DNA of 64,000 bases from Callorhinchus milii (taxonomy: Eukaryota): positions 96,350,001 through 96,414,000 of the forward strand of contig NW_024704742.1 in assembly GCF_018977255.1 (NCBI RefSeq), written 5' to 3'. Shown in pieces: positions 37,308 through 49,650 of this stretch (positions are counted from its first letter, which is position 1; each line of letters opens with the position of its first letter). Below the pieces are notes generated by a model. The model saw only the letters and a program-made list of their open reading frames with translations, had not been told where the DNA came from and made no database searches. A program made the position numbers and the translations under genes.

Positions 37308-38360
37308 CTACTGCATGGATACAGAACTGGGAGTCAGAAAGCAGAGACTAGTTGTGAATGGTTCTTTTTCTAACTAGAGGGAAGTGTGCAGTGGTGTCCC
37401 ACAGGGATCAGTATTGGGACCACTGCTGTTTTTGATCTGTATAAATGACCTGGACTTGGGTAAGTACAATTTAGGGAGTACAATTTCCAAGATTGCAGAT
37501 GATATTAAGCTAGGAAAAGTAGTAAACAGTGAGGAGGATAGTAGCAGACTCCAAATGGACATAAACAGACTGGTAAAATGGGCAGACACGTGGCAGATAA
37601 ATTTTAATGTGAAGAAATGAGAAATGATGCAATTTGGAAGAAAGAATGGGGAGAGGCAATATAAGCTGATGGTACAATCTTAAAGAGGGTAATGGAACAG
37701 AGAGACCTGGGGTTCATAAAAGTAAATCTTTGAAGATAGCAGGACAGGTAGATAAAGCTGTTAAAAAAACATACTAGGCTTTATAAATAGGGGAATAGAA
37801 TACAAAAATCAGGACGTTATGAGGAACCTTTATAAAACACTGGTTAGGCCTCAGCTAGAACTGTGTTCAGTTCCAGGCATCACACTTTAGGAAGGACGTC
37901 AAGGCATTGGAGAGGGTGCAAAGGAGATTTACCAGGATGGTACCAGGAATGAGGGACTTCAGTTACCATGAGAGGCTAGAGAAGCTACGATTATTCTCCT
38001 TGGAGCAGAGAAGGTTAAGAGGAGACTTAATAGAAGTTTTCAAAATTATGAGGGGATTCAATAGGGTGAATGAGGAGAAACTATTTCCACTGGCGGGTGG
38101 GTCCGTAACCCGAGGTCACCGGTTTAAAATAGTTGTTAAAAGAAACAGAAGGGAGGTGAGGAGAAACGTTTTTACACAGCGAGTTGTTTGGATCTGGAAT
38201 GCATCGCCTGAAAGGGTGGTGGAAGCCAATTCAATAACAGCTTTTAAGAGAGAAGTAGATAATTATTTGGGGAGGACAAGTTTACAGGGCTATGGGGAGA
38301 GAGCGGGGGAGTGGGATTGAATTGGATAGCTCTTATAATTCTTTGATTCTATAATTCTAA
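37308..38360 (+). mobile_element. CR1 LINE, 5'-truncated, RT C-terminal half
   Basis: SGVPQGSVLGPLLFLICINDL, ISKIADDIKLG, LERVQRRFTRM...LRGDLIEVFKIMRG...FTQRVV; terminal attctttg/attctata repeats. Confidence 0.95.
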
Positions 38361-38714
38361 TTACATTCTTAATACCTTGGGTGAAGACATAAGCTATAGC
38401 AGCTTTTTATGGTTCATGTCTAGACATGAATGAGGCTTTTGTCACAAGTGCGGACTCATCCCTTTCTCTCAGCACTTCCCTCAGTTTTATTCTGCTACTG
38501 GTCTTCAGGCGAAGGTAGAGGATTGGGAATCTCAGTTGACGATAAGTGTTTACCAGTACAGTACCTTCAGATTGGAAAACAAGATGGCAGTAGCATCACT
38601 CCTAATCATCAGGAGAAAAGAATGCAACTTTTAGGTTTTCAAGTAAGTATTCAGTCAGAAAATTGTGGAGTGGATTCACGCTTCATGTCAGGATTTGGAA
38701 CTTGTATACTCTGA

Positions 38715-39004
38715 ACTGATGTTAAACCGAGGTTCTATCTGCCAGGTTAGGTGGATGTCAAAGATCACATGGCACTATTCAAAAAGAGAAGGGAGTTTTT
38801 TCTGTGTTCTAGTCAACAATCCCCCATAATAAAATTGGTCCCTTACGCCATGGCTGTTTGGTGGTCATTGTTGGGAGCAAATTGGCTGTTGAGTTCATCC
38901 ACAAAATGCACACAACTACATACTTTACTGCATATCTTGTGAAGCGCTTTGAAACATCCTACTGAAGGAGGTGCTATATCAAATACAAGAATTACTATTA
39001 TTAT
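38715..39004 (+). mobile_element. Deu-type SINE 3' two-thirds (family B)
   Basis: gatgttaaaccgagg...ggatgtcaaagatcacatggcactattcaaaaagagaagggag...tail. Confidence 0.85.
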
Positions 39005-39417
39005 GAAGGCTTATCTTAATAGATTCCTGATCAGGGCCATTGTACAAAACAACCAATTGGCATATGATGCTCAACTCAATAGCTTTCAGCAGTCATCGAT
39101 CTTACTGCCGTGGTTCTGTTCACAATCACTTTTTAAATAGCCACTCTAAATATTGGGGCAAAGTTTGTGGAAATGGTTTCTTCCTTTACAGATCCAGCAA
39201 GTCACCATTTTTTTTAGGAAGTATTTTTTATAATGTAAATTGTAGGCCATAGAGCAACTTCTAAGTTTTATTTTGTTTAATATTTATTTTTCAGCTTTGT
39301 TTTTGCTGAGTTGGGCAATATCCATGCTTTCCTAAGTCACAATTTACATTTGGACCAAGACCTCCTAGACAATCAAAACTTTGGTTTTCGTCTTTCTGCA
39401 GAAATAATCTATGCTAC

Positions 39418-39637
39418 TTTGCCCACAAAATATACAGTCAATTCACTTTACAGTATATTCTGTGAAGCGCTTTGAGCCATCTAAAACACGTGATAAGACA
39501 CTATATTAATTGCAAAAAATATTGTTATTATTATTATTATTCACCCTTGAAACAGTCAATTCACTTTACAGAATATTCTGTGAAGGCCTTTGAGTCACCA
39601 TATCAATTGCAAGAATTATTATTATTCACCCTTGAAA
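39418..39637 (+). mobile_element. Two tandem SINE 3' ends with a 12-bp direct repeat
   Basis: tcacccttgaaa at 39541-39552 and 39626-39637 flanks the second fragment. Confidence 0.8.
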
Positions 39638-41619
39638 GATTCAAACACCTTTGTCAGGTTACTCCTTTTCAGCTCACATGAAAAATGCTCTAATTTCTCG
39701 TTTCTCCTGTTTATAGCTGAAGTCCTTAACCTGGTGATTGTAAAGAAAGCACACAAGCCTAAGCTAGGTAGGAGTCATCATTGTCATTATGACTGTGGTC
39801 ATGGCTAACTTTTGAATGAGCAATAAACTCTTGGAGATCTTATGAAAGATACTGAGCCTTCCATGAAGGTGTTACAAGTCAACCCTTGTTTTTATGCAGC
39901 TGAACGCTCCATTGTTCACTACCACAAACTAGATAAGTCCTTATTTGCACATGGCTTCTTAATGGTTTCCTCCTCCAGTGTGATAGGGGAAACTGCATGA
40001 TGTAATGGTTCTTTCTCATTGCTGATGTTTCCTTATGAACTAGCAATGTTAGAATGCAGGGATACGGATGGACATTCTGCCCTGAGGAATGGGGAAATAC
40101 AATGTTTAAGAATATGCCAAACATTGTTGTTGGGAGCTGGGGGAAGGACGGGTCAGGAAGTACTTGGTCTTGAGTCTACTGACAGTGTCTGAATTGGCAC
40201 CAGTATTAAATTGTGCCCTGAGATAGGTCTAGTGTGTATCAGTATGGATTTTGCATGCATAATGCGCTGAAAGGCCTTCTTCATCCAAACTTCTCTTTTG
40301 AGCCTGTAATAATCTGCCTGATTTATGTTGGCAAATACGATATTGGAATTCACCTGATTTGGGGACTGATCTCAACTCCTTTTGTCATTTTAAACAAGGT
40401 AATAGTTTCTTAATAATGATGGGTAGTTAAGCTACAACAAAGTATTGGGAGACAGATGCGTGATTTTGATGAAACAGTATTTCATCTTTATCAAATAGCA
40501 AATACAATTAACGTTTTCTGAGGCAAATGCCAGTATTCAACAAAATGTTCTTCAGTCCTCATTTCCAGCCTGGAAACAATCTTTTATGCTCTTTAAAAGT
40601 GTGACTTCTACAGAAATTCATTTTGCATTTTTCATGTAAATTTTTATTGAAAAGGAAATTACCAGGAACCTATTCAAACCTTTCATCTTGTCACAGTCTA
40701 CCCTAAGGACTTGTTGTCATCCTTCTGCAAAGCCTGTTGTTGTAACCTGTCTTAACTCTTCGAACACTTCTGCACTGTCTAATTATAGCCTATACACTTT
40801 CTGACATTGACAGTACTCAGCCCCTACTTCTTTCGTCTCTCTGAAGCACTTTATTATCTTCTCCTACAAGTGCCTATTCCGGATCTGTCAACTTGCCTGC
40901 ATTATGTTTGAGAGTTACATATTCATAATCTAAATATTTATGTATTGGTGCCCTTAAAAAAAGGTTTCAGTGTATTCAAGCAAAGTAACCAGCTCTCTGA
41001 TTTCATGCCCATTGCCCCAGGGCTCAGTGGGGAAGACTCCTAATGTTCAAATGCTAATCCTCACAGTCACAAGAGCATTTTCCATAAAATCTAAATGTTA
41101 AGCTATTATATTTAGGACATTCTCACAATTTTTTTTACAATTTTTGCCTTGTCTACTGAATGATGTAAATGAAAAACTCTTACGTGGCTGCACATATGTT
41201 TTCAATTCCACTTTACAAATACTTAGCATTTGAAATTTACAGCTAAGTTTTTTTTATGGAATAATAAGTTTTCAAAGTTGCAAAATGAAACTCAGATCTC
41301 AGAGGTTTTCAGATGTCTCTCAGGGTTAGATGCAAAGGCACACAATTCCTTTCGCTTTTAAACGTAGCAATCTTGACAATGTACGCTTATAATGGGATTT
41401 TCATCAAACTTGCTGCACTTGGCGGCAAGAAGAATTTCACCACTTCCTAGTCAATATGACTCACAGTACAACACTCCCCTTATTGGCAATATTACTCAGA
41501 AAGGTCATTGGATGCCAGTGTAAGAAATTGAAAATGTTACACTTGTGCAGAGGGGATTGCCCTTCTGGAATTGAAGCTGTGGCAGATTGTTGCAGGAAAG
41601 TAGGGATGGTTTGTTCTTG

Positions 41620-41970
41620 TGGAGTCTCATAGTGTAGTGGTTCGCAAGTGAAAGACCCGGGTTAGATTCCCAGGGTGGGACGAAACCTTAGGCAAGTGAC
41701 TCAACACTCCTCTGTTTCCCTATCAGTAAGTAGGAACCCAGTTGTTAGTCAATTGGCTGATCACTTTCTGGGGGCGATAATCCCTACAAAAAAAATGTGG
41801 TCATTCAATCTATGACTGTTTGTGGGACACTGCTGTGTGTAATTGGCTGCCATGTTTCTCCCATAAAATACACAGCCACTCCACATTACACTATATTCTG
41901 TGAAGCACTTTGAGATGTCTCAACAATCTGATAAGGCGCTATATCAAACGCAAGGATTATTATTATTGTT
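41620..41970 (+). mobile_element. Family A SINE (long, divergent variant)
   Basis: Head tggagtctcatagtgtagtggtt; CORE-like accttaggcaagtgactcaacactcctctgtttccctatcagtaag; (att)n tail. Confidence 0.85.
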
Positions 41971-42774
41971 ATATATTCTTTATCTGATGACACAATAACT
42001 GAGCTGTGATTGTTTGACGCTAACATAAGTGGGGAAAATTTCCACTTGAGTCATGAAGTATTATTATTATTTTGCCCACAGAATATACAGACAATTCACT
42101 TTACAGTATATTCTGTGAAGAGCTTTGAAACATCTCAAAGACGTGATAAGGCACTATATTAGATGCAAGGATTATGTTTTTTCGCTTACACCTTGATAAA
42201 CGCAGAGATTAACCAACTTGGAGGCAATTGCAGGCAATTAAGCCTTTTCTAAGTGATAGGATAGGAGTGATCCAATATCTTCTCTATGCTCAAAAGCTTT
42301 GAGGAACAAGTCAAAGAGTGGACCTGTGCCAGAGAGTGAAGTGCCACAAAAGAACAAGACCAGTGAGGTTCTAAACTGAACATGCCAGCAAAAAGGGGAT
42401 ATTGTGCCTGACACTGAAGATGATCAAATATTCCATTGGATATATTGATCCGAGGAGGGGGAAGTTGGTTGTATCTGTCAAGAAGAGCAAGGCAGGATAA
42501 GGAATTCTATGGCTACTATAAGGTAGAAATGCGACATGATTGAAAATTTAAGTGTTTTGCTTCATTCCTATGGGAATGAGGGAATATTTATGCAGATTTA
42601 TTTCCTCAAGACATTAAATAGGTGGATGGAGGCCATAATTTATCAGTCATTCTTGGTCTCTGGTAGGCGGAAGCTTGACCTTTTCTCACCTCCTACTTTT
42701 TTCATGTTACACATTTGATGCAATTGCCTTACGCTGCTGTATGCAGATTGAGATGTCCTCTCAGGAAAGGCTCT

Positions 42775-43010
42775 ATAATAATAATGATAATAATAATCCT
42801 TGCTTTTGATATAGCACCTTATCATGTCATCGAGATGTCTCAAAGCACTTCACAGTGGTTTTGACTGTGTGTTTTGTAGGCAAAAGTGGCAGTCAGTTTT
42901 GAGCACAGCACTAATTTTGTTTGGGTGAATTTGTTGGCTAAAACACCGGGAGAAACTCTCTTCTCTTTTCAAATAGTGCCATGGGATCTTTAACGTCCAC
43001 CTGAACAGGC
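42775..43010 (-). mobile_element. Deu-type SINE 3' part (family B)
   Basis: (aat)n tail...aaatagtgccatgggatctttaacgtccacctgaacaggc. Confidence 0.8.
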
Positions 43011-43208
43011 TGACACACAATTATTCTTATTCTTGATAATGCATTTTCTCTGTTCAAAAGTATGCTTTTATTTCATCCAACTCCTCCTGTTCAAACGTGG
43101 AAAACATAAACGGGGTCAGAACCTGCCCTGGAAACATAAGTCATAAAGGCCTATGGTACAATTCCATAGCTGTCATGCTCCAAAAATCTCTGTTTCTATC
43201 AATTTCAG

Positions 43209-43238
43209 ACATCTATGACTTTCATCTATGAGGACAAG
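43209..43238 (+). other. Candidate 30-nt micro-exon (TSMTFIYEDK if phase 0)
   Basis: Acceptor tctctgtttctatcaatttcag and consensus donor AAG|gtaagt; only one frame is open. Confidence 0.3.
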
Positions 43239-45269
43239 GTAAGTCACCAGTCTGTTACATAATTTGATGTGCAAACGCAGAGACGATAGTGGCCCTGTAA
43301 TAATGAGCTTCATAATCATTCACCAACACAGTGTCACAGACATACAGGAGTTTTTCAGTTTTCTTGTTCTGATGAAGGATTTTACTCGAATGGTTAGCCC
43401 GTATACAACAACAACAAGATTACATTTGTATAACACCTTTCACGTCGGGAGGACGTCCCAAGCACTGCCTTTTATATGCTGGCCACCAACCTGCTGTATA
43501 TATCGAGTTCTGTCCTTTAATTCCATGATGTGTCTTTCTGCCGGTCTGTAACATTTCTTGATAGATAAATCTTTAAAATGAAAAGAAAAAAAGCTGTGCA
43601 TTCATTTTCATTATTTCAATAATGATCAGAACTAACACAATGATGAATATTCTAACATAGTGAAGACTTTTTGAGAACCCTCTCCATGCACGGAGTACAG
43701 ACTATCCACGAGAAACTATTACTGGCGTCCATAGCAAGAGAGCTAATGATTCAACAATCACAAGTTGTCATTTGATGATTGAACACTGAATTGCTTAATT
43801 CTAATGATTCCAGCAGTTCATTTGTAATTGACTTTTGAGGCTGAATAGATTTCTCTTTCAAAAAGCCAGCATAGACACGATGGGCCAAGTGTTCTGGTGT
43901 GCTATAAATTTTTCTGGTTCTATACTTTGTCACCTCCATAGAACCATAGAAATTTATGGTATAGAAGACCATTCAGCTCTTCATCACTGTGCTGGCTCTT
44001 TTAAAGAGCAATCATTTCCATCCCATTTACCTGCCTTTTCCCTCCCTCAATGTCACATAGAGGAAGAGGAGTTCTCATCATGCTAATGGTCAGAACGAGA
44101 GTGAAACTTATACAGTTGTTTCTTCAAGTGCTTGTTTCTGAGACTATTTTCGCTCCAAATCTCACAGAAGAGGTTTTATTTAGGGAAGATTTTATTATGT
44201 ATGTTGTCCTGGGAATATTGACTTTTTACTAAACTTGCCACTCAACTAAAAGTGTAGCAACAGGCCAACTTTGTTTGAGCAACTAATTCTCTTTAAATTC
44301 CTATATTTTTTCTTTGAAGTCAGGTAACAATTAAGATAGGACATTTAAGATCAGCTTTGGCAATCAAGCCAACTGTGACCAACAAATCTCTATTACATTA
44401 TGTTTGGAAGGCATAATCCGATCAAAGGTTGAAACAAAGAGCAAGGTGTTGCGAAAAAAAAGTCATCAATTCAATCAGCCACAATGCAAGACAATATTTT
44501 CAGTGACTGACATGAACACATTTGCCAAGAAAACTTTTTTCCTCTCAGAATCTGATCAGGCTGGGCTCACGACCCTGTCAGATTTGAACACTTCAACTTC
44601 TTGGGGAAACAACAAACACCTTGGCTACATATGCTCTGAGGTTACTGTGAAATCCATTTCTCATTAAATAATAAGAAGGATATTTTAGGCTCTAATGTGG
44701 AAACAAATATTGTTCTGTGTTTCCTGATACCAAAGGCCATAGATTTATATCTCTTTATTATAACTAGAATTTTTCAACCTGTATTTCTATAGATTAGTTT
44801 TATAAATAGATTTCACCTTTGCTTTCTGGTTTGGTTGTTGTGTTGTTATTTCTTCATGGTCCAATTTGCATTACTTTTAATAACAATCTTTAATAAGGCA
44901 AAATACACATACAAAATAGACAGGCCCTACATTTTACAATAAAATCCTATGAAACACTTTAATACATCCTTCCAGCGTAAAAGGTGCTATATCAGCTGCA
45001 AGGATTATGAGTATTAAGATAATAAGGAATCCAAGACATGCAAATGAGGCCACAAATTACACAATCACTCCTCCACTCCATCAAGTGTTCACATGAAGCA
45101 TTTTGAGACGTCCTCTCAACATGAAAGGCTCTATGAAAAATGTAAGCATCATTATTGTTATATTCTACCAATATATGTCACATTGACCTTTGCTTTGTGA
45201 AGGAACTTTGCTTTGACACAATCTATTTCTAGAATGTGGTTCCCAGGAGTCGAAGGAAATTCTATCAGG

Positions 45270-45720
45270 GCTCTTCACAAGATCACAAGAGAGGTATATG
45301 AGTTGTTAGTTAGACCGCAGTTAGAATATTATGTCCAATATTGGTCACCTTACTTTAGGAAAGATGTCAAAGTGATAGAGGGGATGCAGAATAGATTTTC
45401 TAGGATGATAGAATTGTCTAAAATGAGTGGTTTCGCCTATGAGCAGAGACAGGAGGAACTGGGACTTTTTTTATTGCTGGCCCAAAGAGGGGTAACCTGA
45501 TAGAGGTCTTTAAAATTATGTGAGGTTTCGATAGAGTCAATAGGGACAAATTAGTTCAGTAATTGGGAGCCAGCGGAGCCTAGCAAGGACTGGTGTTATG
45601 TGGTCGGCTACAAGAGTATGGGAAAGGGAAAGTAGGACTTAAAGGATTGCTCTGAAGGAAGCCAACACAGACATGATGGGCTGAATGGTCTTCTTCTGTG
45701 CCTTAACTTTCTATGGTTCT
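45270..45720 (+). mobile_element. CR1 3' fragment
   Basis: LVRPQLEYYVQYWSPYFRKDV in ORF 45213-45500; 3' UTR tgggctgaatggtcttcttctgtgc...ttctatggttct. Confidence 0.85.
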
Positions 45721-46827
45721 GGGTTTGGATGAAGAAGGTGCTTCTGCCTATTCTTTATTAAGAAATGCCACAAAATGGACTCCAATGTCTGTGTCCAAAG
45801 AATAATTAGCCTAAAATGCTTCTGTTAATTAAGTACATCAGAAAAGTCTGTTTTATAAATGTTCTGGATTCTGAAATTCCAAGTGCTGAGTGGCTGGCTG
45901 GGAACTTTGGACTAATGCACTTGAATGGCATGCACATAGAATAAGATTTTACAAGCTGCTGATAATCAAATTCACTGCTTTGAATGAGCAGTTACAATCT
46001 GTCAAATCCCTCATATTAACTTTATGTGCAATTCATATCATGAGAGGCACAAGGGTCTGAAAAGTAGTTAACTTTGAAGCTTTGTGTCTGAAAATGGGCT
46101 TAGTCTCATCAAGATGTCTTACGTCTATCACTAGGCTCCTGTCCAAGTGTCACCAAATATTTTATAGAATAGCTTTTCAGAGCAATTGTCGGTTGTCACA
46201 GCTCCAAGGATGATAGACCCCGCTTTCCTCACACACACACACTCACATATGTGAGGATGGTTTAAATATGTTTTTAATGAGCAAAGGAATTTTACATTAT
46301 TTATGTATCATAACTTGCAGCTAAATTCAAAATTTACCTTTAGGTTATATGGCCTATATTTCTACAGAATTGCCATTATTTGAATGCTTTTATTGATGTA
46401 TTTTGAATGACCATAATCCTTTATTTAAAATATTTGCCTTTATTTCTACCATTTTTCTTAATGTTAGTTTAAGATCTAGGTTGCAAGCTCAATGATATGA
46501 AACCAATTGCCAGACTAATCTTGTCTGTCTGTGAATATTGATTTAATGTTTTTTGCCATGTTGATGTAACGTTAAAAAAAAAGCTTTTTCTCAGTCCTTT
46601 CTTCCTTCCTTATTCTTATATCTATATTATGACTCAAAATAATTCACACAGACCTTACAGATGCTTTTAATATGATCACTTGCTCCTCCTCAATCATCCT
46701 TCTGTTCTTATATTCTTAGGTTTTCAAAATCGATTTAGTTCTCTTTGGAAACCTGCAGTTAATCTTCCTGGATTTGGGCTGCAATTGTATTCAGACAATC
46801 ACTAACATAAGGTTCTGCTACCCATCT

Positions 46828-47077
46828 TCTGTGGATAGAAATTCCACCTTGGTCTAAATTTAAACTATTAAAGTAACATTTCAGAGTGTCCAAAATTTGT
46901 CAAGTTCTAAACTACAGCCTTTAAGTTTTAAGTTGGTTTTCTGTAAAATTTTTAAGGTACTACAAAAATTGCACTTCGAAGTTAAAACTGAATTCAACAA
47001 TTAGCTACATTCTGCACACAGGAAATGTTATGTTAATAGACTAAATCTAGACCCAAGTGGAATTTCTTACCCACAGA
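46828..47077. mobile_element. Full palindromic MITE-like element
   Basis: tctgtggatagaaattccaccttggtctaaattt pairs with aaatctagacccaagtggaatttcttacccacaga; same family as 284-517. Confidence 0.8.
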
Positions 47078-47235
47078 TATCTCGCGGAACTGTTAAATTG
47101 GTGGCAAACTTGTGCTTCCAGTTCAGGTCAGCATTTGAGTGCCTACCTCAACCTAACATGAGAGAACACTTTTGTTGGATTTACAAAGATTTCTTAAACA
47201 ACTATTTGTGTAAATGAAATAATATATATTTATTA

Positions 47236-47593
47236 TGGAATCCTGTAGCTTAGTGGTTAGAGCACTCACCTCGCAAGCAAGATATCCTGGGTTCGATTAC
47301 TGGTAGGGCGAAGCTTTGGACAAGTTTCCTTACTCCACAAGTCTCTGTTTCCCTAGCAGTAAATAGGAACCTGGTTGTTAGTCAATTGGTGGATCACTTT
47401 TCTTCAAAATATAATCAAACATAGTTAATAATAATAATTATGACTGTGGGACACTGCTATGCGCAATTGGCTGCCGCATTTCACCCACAAAACAGTCAAT
47501 TCACTTGTATATACAGAACATTCTGTGAAGCGCTTTGAGATGTCTAGAAGGTGTGATAAGGTGCTACATCAATTGCAAGGATTATTGTTATTA
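47236..47593 (+). mobile_element. Family A SINE (long variant)
   Basis: tggaatcctgtagcttagtggttagagcac...gggttcgatt...ctctgtttccctagcagtaaataggaacc...tail. Confidence 0.9.
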
Positions 47594-48239
47594 TCTAATC
47601 TGGTGGGTTCAGTTTTTTTTAATTTTGGTCAGTTGGATGCCTGACACATGTGGAAATCCTGCTCAAACGTATCCAAACCAGACTGAGAGTTCCCATGTGT
47701 GCCACCCACAAATGGAAATTCCCTTGTTCGGGAATAATCTACATTTAATATTCATGTAATCTCGTAAGATCAAGTTCAATTGTTTCAGATGAGGCCTTCA
47801 CAGTGTTGGTGCATGTGGCCACATGTCAGTACTCCTGTCCCTTGCTTCAAAGTCCAGCATGGCACTCATTTATTATTTTGCTCCATGTTTTATCACACTC
47901 TAGTCCCCCTGATATCATGTGGAGCGGACCTCGGCTTTAGATCAGAAAGAGATAGAGAATGTCAGATTATTTTTTAAACTTTTTTTTACTTTGTGATCCT
48001 GCCCCACCCCCCCACCAACCTCTACATTCCTGTGTACCTCAGTCAGATGACCACTATCCAGAGGCAAGCTTCTGCTGCCTCCTATACAATTGGTGGCAAC
48101 AACAAAGACTGAAGCCTTCTCTGGCTCCATTATGTATGCTGGTTGCTTTATTTTTTTTAAATAGTCACCACCTCACAAGCCTTGACAGTAACCCAGGAAA
48201 TGCACTTTTCTTTTTTTTAGGGAGAAGTGTAAAAAAATA

Positions 48240-48679
48240 GCCACGTGAGGGGCCATCTGCTTTCAGCACGCATTGTAATAAGCTTTGGTATATGCGGCAA
48301 ATAGCAGCGTGGAAAACATTTCATCAGTCTAACCTTCAGGGGAGGAGGAGTGGGGGAGAGGCAATGCAATCCAGTAACGTAGGGTTGGTGGCCTGTGCAT
48401 AGATCCTGTGTGAGCCAGGCCTTGTCATCAGCCTTCTCAATTCATTTCCTCAGATGACAGACCTGACAGAGCCTCAGCGGTCTCTTGGAAGCCTGGAATA
48501 CGCTGTTGCCATGGCAACAGGTGTTAAGCTTTATGAATTCCAGGTCATATAGACACTCCACACTCTGCATTGATGGCGTGTTTCTCCACTCACTGACCCC
48601 CAGCACTGACATCAGTAAGTGATTTACAATCAGCCTTTATGTCGGAAGCTATTCATTGCTAATGGAGAAGTTTTTTTAT

Positions 48680-48711
<32 letters not shown>

Positions 48712-49080
48712 GAGAGCAGGTGAAACTCTCATAATTATTACAGGTGCAACTGGTAGCAATTTGTTGTTTCTATTCTCATTTTCTCCTCCAGCCTCATTCC
48801 TACCCACCAGCACTTCCATCACATCTTTCCAACCCTCCCTGGACGAGTCAGGGTAAAACGTAATGGAGGAGAAAAGTCAATCCTCCTGAGGTTATATGAA
48901 GTTTTTGCAGTCCAGTGAGATTACATCGCAATTAAACCCTTCGGGCTGCCAAAGATTGGACAGCACCTGTACCATACAGTAACATAGCGGTAACACAGGA
49001 GACATCCTTCCTCACGTCCAAACTGGAATGCTCATTCCAGCACAGGCAATAGGCACAGGCAGGACTGAGTGACGTGACTT
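48240..49080. promoter_or_regulatory. Candidate enhancer/promoter with a perfect RFX X-box
   Basis: 18-bp palindrome ctgttgccatggcaacag at 48503-48520; E-boxes at 48242, 48254 and 48451; tgacatca 48607; tgatttac 48620; inverted ggaatg/cattcc 49023-49040; free of transposons. Confidence 0.55.
48680..48706. repeat. (CA)n microsatellite
   Basis: About 13 consecutive AC units. Confidence 0.95.
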
Positions 49081-49299
49081 GAGGGTCCTGAAGCAAGGTT
49101 CAGAATTGAAATGAGTTTTAATAATTCACATCTTATTCCTAATTACAGGGTAGGAATGTAAAATGTTACTTCCTCTCCCTCTCCCCCTCCCCCACTCCAT
49201 TACATGCAGATTTACAAGCTAAAGATATTCCGCTGAGGGACTATCCTCCACAGCTCCTAGAATAGCTTTCTGTGAAAGAAAATGAGAGAAATTTCCTGA

Positions 49300-49650
49300 A
49301 TGCCAGTTGTTAGCACCCTCACCTCTGGATTTTGAAGGTTAGGCAATCAAGCTCCATGTCAGGACTTGAGTTGATAGAATTGGCTGACACTGCGGTGCAG
49401 TGCTGGGGAGTGCTGCACTGTTGATGGTGCTATCTTTCGGATGATGCATTAAACCAAGGAGGCATCTGCCTAATCAGGTTGATGTTAAAGATTCCTTATT
49501 CAGTTCAATAATAGAAGGGAGTCGCTCATGGTGTCCTAGCCAGCAATCTTACAGATTAATTGGTCGTTTGCTGCTTGTGGGAGCAAATATTTACCTACAA
49601 AAACAGTCAGCAAACTTACAAGAAATGACCTGTGAAGCGCTTTAAGAAGA
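49300..49650 (+). mobile_element. Deu-type SINE (family B), diverged
   Basis: gctgacactgcggtgcagtgctggggagtgctgcactgttg...gatgttaaagattcc...gtgtcctagcc. Confidence 0.8.

Noticed and set aside
37907..38320. 137-aa ORF as a host gene
   Set aside because: It is the C-terminus of a 5'-truncated CR1 ORF2 with upstream stops and frameshifts.
48261..48968. REST/NRSE half-sites (ttcagcac at ~48262, ggacagcacc at ~48958)
   Set aside because: The halves are ~700 bp apart, so there is no canonical 21-bp site.
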